A stretch of 52,827 nt of DNA from Candidatus Aenigmatarchaeota archaeon. GTDB lineage: Archaea; Aenigmatarchaeota; Aenigmatarchaeia; Aenigmatarchaeales; Aenigmatarchaeaceae. This document shows, piece by piece, positions 9,999 through 18,012 of the stretch. Both the position numbers and the translations under genes were made by a program. Positions within the stretch are counted from its first letter, which is position 1; every line of letters starts with the position of its first letter. Below the pieces are notes generated by a model that saw only the letters and a list, made by a program, of their open reading frames with translations, had not been told where the DNA came from and did not search any database. The DNA lies in assembly GCA_043814985.1 (NCBI GenBank), contig JBDRJK010000013.1, forward strand, positions 1-52,827, in the 5' to 3' direction.

Positions 9999-10102
9999 GC
10001 CTCGGTAGCTCAGCTTGGATTAGAGCGACTGACGAAAGGTCGAACCTCCTATTCATCTGAGAAGAAAGCAGTAGGTCGCGCGTTCAAATCGCGTCCGGGG
10101 CA
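9999..10102 (+). tRNA. tRNA-Arg(CCT) with two introns (30/31: 10032-10044; 37/38: 10052-10066)
   Basis: Acceptor GCCTCGG/CCGGGGC; T-arm GCGCG-TTCAAAT-CGCGT. Removing both introns gives ACTGC-CT-CCT-AA-GCAGT. The first intron is a strict BHB (CGAC/GTCG); the second is relaxed (CTCC/GAAG). A20 in the D-loop fits Arg. Confidence 0.85.
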
Positions 10103-10103
10103 C

Positions 10104-10110
10104 TTTTTTT
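10104..10110 (+). terminator. Oligo-T terminator after tRNA-Arg
   Basis: T7 run directly after the tRNA 3' end. Confidence 0.55.
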
Positions 10111-10115
10111 ATCTT

Positions 10116-10152
10116 TAATGAAGTGTCGTGGGTTCAAATCCCATCGAGGGCA
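10116..10152 (+). pseudogene. Isolated tRNA 3' half
   Basis: TAA-TGAAG-TGTC-GTGGG-TTCAAAT-CCCAT-CGAGGGC-A: anticodon 3' strand, variable loop, T-arm and acceptor 3' strand, with no adjacent 5' half. Confidence 0.75.
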
Positions 10153-10186
10153 TAAATTTATTTAATTACATGGTGGTTATTCTATT

Positions 10187-10891
10187 ATGCCAACTCAAGA
10201 ACGCACAAAAACAGGCGTAAAAGGCATGGACGATATAATGGACGGAGGCCTTGTACCGAATGCCTTAACTCTTCTGACAGGAACAGCTGGTACAGGAAAG
10301 ACAACAATCTCCTCACAGTTCATCTATGAAGGAGCCAAGAAATACGGAGAGAACGGCGTCTATGTCACTTTCGAGGAGCCTGTCGAGAGCATCAAGAAAA
10401 GCTGCTTGAACTATGGTTGGGATTTTGAACCTCTGGAGAAAGAGGGCAAGGTCATATTTGTAAAATACGACCCATTCCACATCGAAGATATTTACGAACT
10501 GATAGAGACCAACATAAAGAAGATAAATGCCAAGAGGGTTGTCATTGATTCCATATCCGCTTTAGGTTTGTACGTCAAGGAGACACCTGAGATAAGGAGA
10601 ATGATTTTCAACATATCATTCCTGTTGAGAAGGCTGGAATGTTCGTCCATATTAATCTCTGAGATACTTCCAAACCAGTCAAGCCTGTCAAGGTTCGGTG
10701 TTGAGGAGTTTGTAACAGACGGTGTGATAGTTCTGTATTACAAGCAGGTGGGGTCGCAGTTCTCAAGAGCCATGACTGTCTGGAAAATGAGGGGTTCAAA
10801 GCACTCTTCTAGATTACACCCCTACAAGATAACGGACAAGGGCGTTGTTGTATATTCTAATGAGGAAGCCCTTATCAAATCCCAAAGTTAG
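10187..10891 (+). CDS. KaiC-like RecA-superfamily ATPase (single domain)
   Basis: KTGVKGMD, GTAGTGKTT, RVVIDSIS, KMRGSKHS motifs. Confidence 0.9.
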   Translation: MPTQERTKTGVKGMDDIMDGGLVPNALTLLTGTAGTGKTTISSQFIYEGAKKYGENGVYVTFEEPVESIKKSCLNYGWDFEPLEKEGKVIFVKYDPFHIEDIYELIETNIKKINAKRVVIDSISALGLYVKETPEIRRMIFNISFLLRRLECSSILISEILPNQSSLSRFGVEEFVTDGVIVLYYKQVGSQFSRAMTVWKMRGSKHSSRLHPYKITDKGVVVYSNEEALIKSQS

Positions 10892-10924
10892 TTTTATTTA
10901 ATAGGAAAAAACTAAATTTACTAT

Positions 10925-11881
10925 ATGCCTAAGAAAAGGGCCGAGAAGGACAAAAAGACTGCAGAAGTAAAAATCAAAAAAGTCAGGGTAGAAAATCAGC
11001 AAAGTGACCTTGAAAAGGCTCTAAAGAAAACAGCAATAAGGCTGTTCGGGAAAACAGCGGACAAGTACTCGGCAAATTTCATCAATGTCAAGCAATCACT
11101 GATAACATCTGGCACTAGGATGTTGTTCAGAACATACATATCTCTGATGTTGTTCATAACAGCAATCACTTTCTTGATAACATTCGTCTTCACACTGGCA
11201 TTCGTGCTTTCAATCGGACTGGGTATATTGTTTTCATTAATAGGAATCATAGTGATGCCGTCGTTTTTTGCATCAATAGTCTTCCTGTTGATATACGTCT
11301 ATCCGATATCAGTATCAGAGAGCAGGAAAAGGGACCTAGAGGCTAACCTGCCTTTTGCAATGACGCACATGTCAGCTGTTGCAGAATCAGGAGCTCCGCC
11401 ATTAACGATATTCAAGATACTTGCCCAGTTCAAGGAATATGGCGAGGTATCCAAAGAGGCTCAAAAAATAACTAGGAACGTTGAAGTGTTTGGTTTGGAC
11501 CAGTTAAGCGCTTTGAGGGACAGGTCCCTTAAGTCTCCGTCGCCGAGCTTCAGGAACATACTGCAGGGAATCCTTTCAACAATACAGACAGGAGGGAACC
11601 TAAGGACTTATCTGACAGAGGAATCCAAGAAGGCCATGTTCGAATACACCATGAGAAGGGAGAAATACAACCAGCTGCTGTCAACCTATGCTGACCTCTA
11701 TACTGCCCTGCTTGTGGCAGCGCCAATGATTTTTATTGTTGTGATATCCACGCTGAGCGTGATGGGAGGAAGCGTCTTCGGGATGAGTCTGGAGTTCACC
11801 ATGATACTTGGTCTGGGAATCCTGGCACTCCTGAACATGATGTTCCTTGTATTCATCCAGATAACACAGCCTAAAATGTGA
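10925..11881 (+). CDS. Type II secretion/T4P platform protein (TadC/ArlJ-like, T2SS F domain)
   Basis: LPFAMTHMSAVAESG, YGEVSKE, SPSPSF motifs with flanking TM helices. Confidence 0.88.
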   Translation: MPKKRAEKDKKTAEVKIKKVRVENQQSDLEKALKKTAIRLFGKTADKYSANFINVKQSLITSGTRMLFRTYISLMLFITAITFLITFVFTLAFVLSIGLGILFSLIGIIVMPSFFASIVFLLIYVYPISVSESRKRDLEANLPFAMTHMSAVAESGAPPLTIFKILAQFKEYGEVSKEAQKITRNVEVFGLDQLSALRDRSLKSPSPSFRNILQGILSTIQTGGNLRTYLTEESKKAMFEYTMRREKYNQLLSTYADLYTALLVAAPMIFIVVISTLSVMGGSVFGMSLEFTMILGLGILALLNMMFLVFIQITQPKM

Positions 11882-11885
11882 TCAA

Positions 11886-12692
11886 ATGAAAATGAAGATA
11901 GACATGGAAACAAAAATAACAATTGTTCTGGTAGTCTCAGGGCTCTCGCTTTTTGTAATAAATTTCCTGACCATATCCTATGACCTGATAAGCCTGATAT
12001 CGGTCAGCATTGTCATCACGGGGCCTGCTGTCTTTGAATACAAGAAATACAAGGACAACAAGGAGATAGAGGAGAGGTTCCCAGATTTTTTAAGAGATAT
12101 AACAGAGAACATCAAGACTGGCATGACCCTGACACAGGCCATCAAGTCAACAAAGAGAACAAATTACGGTGCCTTGACGCCGCATGTCAAAAAAATAATC
12201 ACGAAAATCGACTGGGCCATACCATTCGACCAGATTTTAATAGAATTCTCCAAGAAATCAACCCCCTTAATCCAGAAGACAGTGTCCACAATTCTTGAGA
12301 CTTACAGGGGAGGCGGCAACATAACGCAGGTTCTGGATGCTGCGAGCAAGACCATAAAGGAAATCAACAAGATAAGAACAGAGAGGTTCTCATCAATATA
12401 CAACCAGATGATAACTGGTTATGTCATCTTCTTCATATTCGTGGGCGTCCTGATAATCCTGAAGAACTACCTTGTCCCAAGCCTTTTCTCGTTCGGCGCG
12501 GGCTTCTCCATAAGCGGTGTTGAGAACATAGGAGAATTCTACAACATGATATTCCAATGGCTGATCATTCTGGAGGGTTTCTTCTCAGGTTTGGTTGTAG
12601 GCAAGATGGCTCAAGGAAGCATGATAGCTGGATTAAAGCACTCGCTGTTATTGGTGGTTGTTGGCTACGGGGCGTTTTTGCTGTTCATGTAA
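11886..12692 (+). CDS. Type II secretion/T4P platform protein (TadB/TadC-like)
   Basis: IEERFPDFLRDI..GMTL, YGALT, GFFSGLVVGKM..G motifs. Confidence 0.88.
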   Translation: MKMKIDMETKITIVLVVSGLSLFVINFLTISYDLISLISVSIVITGPAVFEYKKYKDNKEIEERFPDFLRDITENIKTGMTLTQAIKSTKRTNYGALTPHVKKIITKIDWAIPFDQILIEFSKKSTPLIQKTVSTILETYRGGGNITQVLDAASKTIKEINKIRTERFSSIYNQMITGYVIFFIFVGVLIILKNYLVPSLFSFGAGFSISGVENIGEFYNMIFQWLIILEGFFSGLVVGKMAQGSMIAGLKHSLLLVVVGYGAFLLFM

Positions 12693-12726
12693 AACTTTTA
12701 TTATAGCCTAAAATAACTTCTATATT

Positions 12727-13158
12727 ATGAGAGCTGTAACCCCGATACTTTCTCACAGCGCCCTTTTGCTTATTGGACTTATAGCAGTCAGCCTCATAAT
12801 AGTCTCAATATCAGCATCATTCTCCACAACAGAGAAGGACCTGATTAGAAGTGAATTAAACTACATTGCCGAGGCTGCAAAAGGCAAGATACTGGAGATT
12901 TACAGTGTTGCCAGTCAGACAACTGAGTACTCTAACTCAAGTTTCCAGTTGGGCCTGCCGCAGAAGATCGGGGAGAACAAGTACCTTCTCGCTTTGGATC
13001 AGGATAACCTGACTGTCAGCATAGCTTTCAAGAACGAGGAAATAGAAATTGTAAAGGCTCTTAACATTGATGCGGAGCTCAGCGGTGAAGCGTACTTGCC
13101 AGCTTCAATTTTAGCAGAGAAAATCGGGGGAAACATAACAATTAGTTTGGTTGGTTGA
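12727..13158 (+). CDS. Pilin-like protein
   Basis: MRA|VTPILS class III signal-like N-terminus with a hydrophobic helix. Confidence 0.65.
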   Translation: MRAVTPILSHSALLLIGLIAVSLIIVSISASFSTTEKDLIRSELNYIAEAAKGKILEIYSVASQTTEYSNSSFQLGLPQKIGENKYLLALDQDNLTVSIAFKNEEIEIVKALNIDAELSGEAYLPASILAEKIGGNITISLVG

Positions 13159-13872
13159 ATGGCACAAATAGATTTTGCAATTGCGTTTGTAGTTGTCTTC
13201 ACTATGATATCATATTCTGTTTTCATTGTTTCAGGCACTATCACGAAAGACTTCAACTATTTCAATCTGAAAGAAATAGAAAAGTCTCATGACTCACTGT
13301 CAAGGCAGCTGTTTGACACAATGGACAGCAAGAGCCTGATTTCAAACTTCAAGGAAGTACAGATTTCATTCGAGGAGATTGGCGGGTACAACCATACTGA
13401 GAATCTTAAAATATCAATCAAGCCGCTAGTGGAAAAAATACATGTCTACAACCAGACAATGGACGAGATAGCATCTGTAAACTCCACAGAAGGAAACTAC
13501 ACAAATGTTTCATTCAACATGGACTTTTCAACAAACCAGATAATCTATGTCAGTGTTTTTTATTCAGGTAGCAACACAGACGAGATAATATTCAACAATA
13601 ATGTAACACAGGACAATGTAACGGCAAACATAATTTCTGAAAAGGACGTTCCAGTACTTTCGCAGAACAGGTGCGATTACCTGAGAAGTCTGGGTTACGA
13701 TGCAGCAAGGAACAGCTTCGGTTTCACGCACAGGTTCAGGATAGACAACCACTGCGTCTATGGAGAGGTCCCACCGATTGCTGCAAACATAATAGTAAAA
13801 TCAGTTCCATTATTCGTTGAGAGAATAGACGAGAGCATCTATCCGGAGCAGGTAATTTTGAAGGTGTGGTAA
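13159..13872 (+). CDS. Minor pilin-like protein
   Basis: MA|QIDFAIAFVVVF N-terminus; lies within the pilus cluster. Confidence 0.6.
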   Translation: MAQIDFAIAFVVVFTMISYSVFIVSGTITKDFNYFNLKEIEKSHDSLSRQLFDTMDSKSLISNFKEVQISFEEIGGYNHTENLKISIKPLVEKIHVYNQTMDEIASVNSTEGNYTNVSFNMDFSTNQIIYVSVFYSGSNTDEIIFNNNVTQDNVTANIISEKDVPVLSQNRCDYLRSLGYDAARNSFGFTHRFRIDNHCVYGEVPPIAANIIVKSVPLFVERIDESIYPEQVILKVW

Positions 13873-14255
13873 TGAAAGCAACATTTCATACAATAGAGGC
13901 AATAATAGGGACACTGATACTTCTAGTAGGAGTGATGAACATCTATCCAATCCAAGATAACGAGGAAATTTATTTTTCAGACGAGGGCTTCGAATGCCTG
14001 AAGTATTTGGACCAAAGTGGACTTTTGAGGCATTATGTCTACAACAATCTTCTCAATGAGTTGAACAGCACTATCAGGTCTTGCCTGCCAGGAATAACTG
14101 ATTACGCATTCCAGATATGCTCTTCATTGCCTTGTACGGCAATCCTTCCGACAGACAGGTCAACCTTCCTCTCAAGTTATTTGATTGCCGGTATGAACAA
14201 GGGTGCAGCAAACTATGACCCGAGAATGGTCAATTTATGGGTGTGGTCAAAATGA
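13872..14255 (+). CDS. Minor pilin-like protein
   Basis: MKA|TFHTIEAIIG class III-like N-terminus. Confidence 0.65.
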   Translation: MKATFHTIEAIIGTLILLVGVMNIYPIQDNEEIYFSDEGFECLKYLDQSGLLRHYVYNNLLNELNSTIRSCLPGITDYAFQICSSLPCTAILPTDRSTFLSSYLIAGMNKGAANYDPRMVNLWVWSK

Positions 14256-14626
14256 AAGGACAAGTGTTCATGATAGTCTCGATTTTCATTCTGCTATTCC
14301 TATTCCTATTGAGAATCAACACCCAGACAATTGATGTGAGACCTGAGGACATGTTCCATGAGGACTTTTCAAATCTTAAGAACGAACTAATAAGAACAAT
14401 TGACATTTCATTGCTGAACCAGGAAAACCTTATGGGCAATCTGAACAGTTTCATCATATTCTCAACAGACATCTACAAGAACAAGGGATACACAGAGGAC
14501 GTGCAATACTCAATTTCAACGTCAGGAGATTCAACAACAGTCTATTTGAACATCTCCTTGTCGTCAGCCAACTCTTATCTGAAGGAGAGCCTAATAATAA
14601 ACAGAACTTTGTCGGTGTTCGCATGA
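14252..14626 (+). CDS. Minor pilin-like protein
   Basis: MKG|QVFMIVSIFILLF class III signal. Confidence 0.7.
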   Translation: MKGQVFMIVSIFILLFLFLLRINTQTIDVRPEDMFHEDFSNLKNELIRTIDISLLNQENLMGNLNSFIIFSTDIYKNKGYTEDVQYSISTSGDSTTVYLNISLSSANSYLKESLIINRTLSVFA

Positions 14627-15111
14627 AAGGCGTAAGCGTAATAATAGCAAGTGCGATCGTGATTGCAATATCGATCACTGCAGCATACTTGGTTCTAAAC
14701 TTGGGAAGCCCTGGGCCAGACAGATTAAAGGAGATGATGCTGATGCAGGAGGCCAAGGACACGCTCAAGAGCATTGACAATGCTGTCAGGTCTGTCAGCG
14801 GGGAAGGTCAGGGCTCAACAAGAAGCCCAAGACTGACAGTAACAGGAGGCTACTATACAGTGGATGCTGATAACGAGACTGTTGTTTTTGTTATGGACAG
14901 CTTTGCCCAGATAATAGGTATAGATGTTTCCAAGACAGAGGACAACATAAACATTAGAGGCGAATCAGGAAGGATCTATCTTAACCTGACTTACGTTGAT
15001 TTTAACATAACAGGCGGAACAGAATTTGGAAAGGGGACATACACCCTAATAGTAAGAAATGAAGGATATGATGCAATAAACCAAAAACAAATTGTAAGCA
15101 TCTCTGTTTAA
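14623..15111 (+). CDS. Pilin-like protein
   Basis: MKG|VSVIIASAIVIAI class III signal. Confidence 0.75.
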   Translation: MKGVSVIIASAIVIAISITAAYLVLNLGSPGPDRLKEMMLMQEAKDTLKSIDNAVRSVSGEGQGSTRSPRLTVTGGYYTVDADNETVVFVMDSFAQIIGIDVSKTEDNINIRGESGRIYLNLTYVDFNITGGTEFGKGTYTLIVRNEGYDAINQKQIVSISV

Positions 15112-15157
15112 GACAAAACTTTATATAACAGCTTCAATAAATTAAAATCTGAGTGAT

Positions 15158-15577
15158 ATGAAAGGTGTATCTCCATTAATCGCATCGGTTCTGCTAATAG
15201 CAATAACAATGACGCTAGCTGCTATTTTAGCTAGTTTTGTCTCAAACTACACACAGCAGCAGTTGTCTTCTTTGCCAGCATGCGTTGGAGGTACAATAAC
15301 TTTCGCAACTGCAGACTATCCTGACTTGCAGGGTGGGGAGATTATTGCAATAATTGATATTGGCAGCATTGACCTTTCAGACTTCAGAATTGAATCTATT
15401 AATTCAACTGAGCACGTAAATATTATAACTGCTACTGGAACCACTTCAATTTCAGCAGGCAGTTCAGGAACTATTAGGGCAGATTTCAGTGGTTTGGGCG
15501 TACTCACAGGTGACAAGACAAGAATCGTAGCAGGCAATTGCCCGGACGTCAAGACAGGATGGGTAAATCTGAAATAG
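15158..15577 (+). CDS. Archaeal type IV pilin (probable major pilin)
   Basis: MKG|VSPLIASVLLIAIT canonical archaeal pilin N-terminus; has its own TATA-like TTTATATA upstream. Confidence 0.85.
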   Translation: MKGVSPLIASVLLIAITMTLAAILASFVSNYTQQQLSSLPACVGGTITFATADYPDLQGGEIIAIIDIGSIDLSDFRIESINSTEHVNIITATGTTSISAGSSGTIRADFSGLGVLTGDKTRIVAGNCPDVKTGWVNLK

Positions 15578-15603
15578 TTCTTAAATAAACAAGGGGTGAA
15601 AAT

Positions 15604-15771
15604 ATGGCTTACAGTCACAAAAACAGCAGGGGTGTAACATACTGGTTGCACAGCAAGGGAAAACTATTTTTCTTCTCGAAGAAACCAGAAGAATCTATTG
15701 ACCTACCTGAACATCTTGAGGTCTTTGAAAACGCGAGAACAGGTCTGCCAATGGTAAGGAAGAAACAGTAA
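15604..15771 (+). CDS. Small conserved hypothetical protein (55 aa)
   Basis: Manual translation MAYSHKNSRGVTYWLHSKGKLFFFSKKPEESIDLPEHLEVFENARTGLPMVRKKQ; GGGGTGA RBS upstream. Confidence 0.75.
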   Translation: MAYSHKNSRGVTYWLHSKGKLFFFSKKPEESIDLPEHLEVFENARTGLPMVRKKQ

Positions 15772-15809
15772 CCCTTTATTAATTTCTTTCAAGTATTATT
15801 AATGGTATT

Positions 15810-16316
15810 ATGAGAAAGAACAGGGGGGAGAAGAAACGGTCAATGAGACCCCAAATATCATTATCAAGCTTATTGATAGTTCTGATATTGTTTTCTGTAT
15901 TATCCTTGGCTGTCATGAACTTTCTTGACTCTTCTGAATATTACACAGCAGATGTTTTAGAAGTTGAAGGAAGCGTGGTCACAATTGGGCACGGCTGTAT
16001 GGCCATAGTTGCCGAGACATCTCCTGAGAGAGCATATTCCATTGAATTGGGAATCAAGGGAGTCATAGAGCAAAGGCCAAACACGCATGACATATTCTCT
16101 GAGACCATGAAGAGCTTCAACATTACTTTAGACCACGTCACAATAGACAATCACAAGGACGGCATCTACTATGCGAACCTATTGCTTAAGTCGAACGAGA
16201 AGATTCTGAAGCTTGATGTGAAGCCATCAGACGGCATTGCCATGGCTTTGAGAAGCAATGCAACAATATACATCAACAAGACAATGCTGCAAGAAGTTGG
16301 AGTAAACATCTGCTGA
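15810..16316 (+). CDS. Bifunctional nuclease (DUF151) domain protein with N-terminal TM anchor
   Basis: RPNTHD, GIYYANL, DVKPSDGIAMALR motifs. Confidence 0.85.
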   Translation: MRKNRGEKKRSMRPQISLSSLLIVLILFSVLSLAVMNFLDSSEYYTADVLEVEGSVVTIGHGCMAIVAETSPERAYSIELGIKGVIEQRPNTHDIFSETMKSFNITLDHVTIDNHKDGIYYANLLLKSNEKILKLDVKPSDGIAMALRSNATIYINKTMLQEVGVNIC

Positions 16317-16688
16317 TTAGAAACAAATATCGCAATCCTTTAGTTCTGGAAAGGCTTTCTTGTGAATACTGCAAAGAATCTTGCTTTTTCTCACCTTCTT
16401 GCAGATATTACAGAAAGGAACTATAGTGTTTGAAGAATCCAGTTCGCCTGAAGCTATCCTGCTTGCAAACTCCTCTATCTGCTCATTGATTTCCTTGTCC
16501 CTTTCCAGGATTTTTATCTTGGATCCTCTCAAATTCCTCGAGTATTGTGATATTGCGGACTGGGTCAGACCTAATTTGGAGGCTGCATCCTGTTGGGTAA
16601 ACTTATACTTCTCAATAAGTTCCTTTGCTATTAGTGCCCTTAGGGTTGGCAATAATACTTGTGCAACAGTTTCGCAATATGGCTTCAT
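16317..16688 (-). CDS. HTH transcriptional regulator (COG2522-like) with Cys cluster
   Basis: PYCE..LPTLRALIAKEL, TQQDAASKLGLTQSAISQY HTH; C-terminal CxxC..C..H..CxxC. Confidence 0.85.
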   Translation of the reverse strand: MKPYCETVAQVLLPTLRALIAKELIEKYKFTQQDAASKLGLTQSAISQYSRNLRGSKIKILERDKEINEQIEEFASRIASGELDSSNTIVPFCNICKKVRKSKILCSIHKKAFPELKDCDICF

Positions 16689-16867
16689 TATAACACTGTT
16701 ATATTATAGCATTAATAAAGTTTAAATCCTTACCCACAGTAAAAATCAAGGAAAATTGGTTTTACGACTGTCTAGTGGCTATTTAAATACTTGTTTGTTC
16801 AATAATTTATTAACTGGAAAGTGGCAAAGCTTAAATATGAAATTGAGATTATAATTAGAGTGGTAAA

Positions 16868-17668
16868 ATGATTGTTTCACAAGAGGTTTTAGATTCATTA
16901 AAGCAAATCGGCTTAAATCTGTATGAGAGAAAGCTATGGGCAGCATTGCTTTCAAGGGGAACATCCACAGCAGGCGAGTTGTCATCTTTAGCAAAGGTTC
17001 CTCACAGCAGGACTTATGACGTTTTAGAATCATTGGCTGAAAAGGGCTTTGTGATGATGCAGTCGTCAAAGCCTTTGAAGTACGTTGCAGTTGCGCCGAA
17101 CGAGGCTTTGGAAAGATCTAAAAGAAAAATAAAAGAGCAAACCGACATAACAATAAACAGAATATCAAAATTACAAAATTCTTCGACCATAAAGGAATTG
17201 GACATGTTATACAAGAAGGGAGTCAAGCTTGTCCTGCCTGGTGAGATGACAAGTTCATTGAGGGGAAGAGATGCCTTGCACCAGCAAATGGAGACAGTCT
17301 TCAAGCAGGCAAAGAACGAGATATCAATTCTTACAACAGCAACTGGTTTGGAGGACTTGGAAAAGAAGCACTCCAACCATTTGAAGAAAGCTTCCCAGAG
17401 AGGAGTCAAGATAAGAATCGTGGCACCCTTTACCAAGGACACGATGAAGGCAATAGAAAAACTGAAGGACTTTGCGGAAATCAGGAAAATTGGCAAGTCT
17501 GACGCTATTGGAAGGATTTCTCTTGTTGACGGTTGTCATGTGGTAATGTCATTGACAGATGAGAAAGTTCATCCAACACAGGATATGGCCATGTGGAGCC
17601 AGAGCCAGCACGTGGCAGAGAGTCTTTTGGGTCCCATGTTCAAAATGCTTTGGGAAAAGAGCCAGTAG
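16868..17668 (+). CDS. TrmB-family transcriptional regulator
   Basis: GLNLYE, VPHSRTYDVLESLAEKGFV, KPLKY wHTH plus C-terminal effector domain. Confidence 0.92.
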   Translation: MIVSQEVLDSLKQIGLNLYERKLWAALLSRGTSTAGELSSLAKVPHSRTYDVLESLAEKGFVMMQSSKPLKYVAVAPNEALERSKRKIKEQTDITINRISKLQNSSTIKELDMLYKKGVKLVLPGEMTSSLRGRDALHQQMETVFKQAKNEISILTTATGLEDLEKKHSNHLKKASQRGVKIRIVAPFTKDTMKAIEKLKDFAEIRKIGKSDAIGRISLVDGCHVVMSLTDEKVHPTQDMAMWSQSQHVAESLLGPMFKMLWEKSQ

Positions 17669-17709
17669 TTTCACACGCTTCTATTATTTGAGTTAGATGT
17701 TTTACGCAA

Positions 17710-17982
17710 TTACTGAATTAATTCAGTCTCAACAATTATATGTATCAATTCTTCGCCTGACTTTAGATAGTCTGTATAAGAAAAACCAAGATTTGAAGGT
17801 GTTCTATAAATTTCTATTTTTTGTCCTGTTTCTAAACTAATTTTTTCATTTTTTTCAATACTAATTTTTTCACCATCTTGAGTTTTTGCCAGATATCTAG
17901 GCTGCATTCCAATACCACGAGGATTAAATTTTAATCCTTCCTCTCCAGTAATAATACATTTTAATATTGTTGGTTTTTTCAT
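17710..17982 (-). CDS. Hypothetical protein
   Basis: 90-aa AT-rich ORF with TATA-like element upstream. Confidence 0.55.
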   Translation of the reverse strand: MKKPTILKCIITGEEGLKFNPRGIGMQPRYLAKTQDGEKISIEKNEKISLETGQKIEIYRTPSNLGFSYTDYLKSGEELIHIIVETELIQ

Positions 17983-18012
17983 GAAGTATAATTAGAAAAT
18001 AAGCTTTAAATT

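Noticed and set aside
10028..10072. Reading this tRNA as Phe(GAA) or Met(CAT)
   Set aside because: Those triplets lie inside BHB-defined introns. Only the two-intron solution gives a perfect 5-bp stem and 7-nt loop (CCT).
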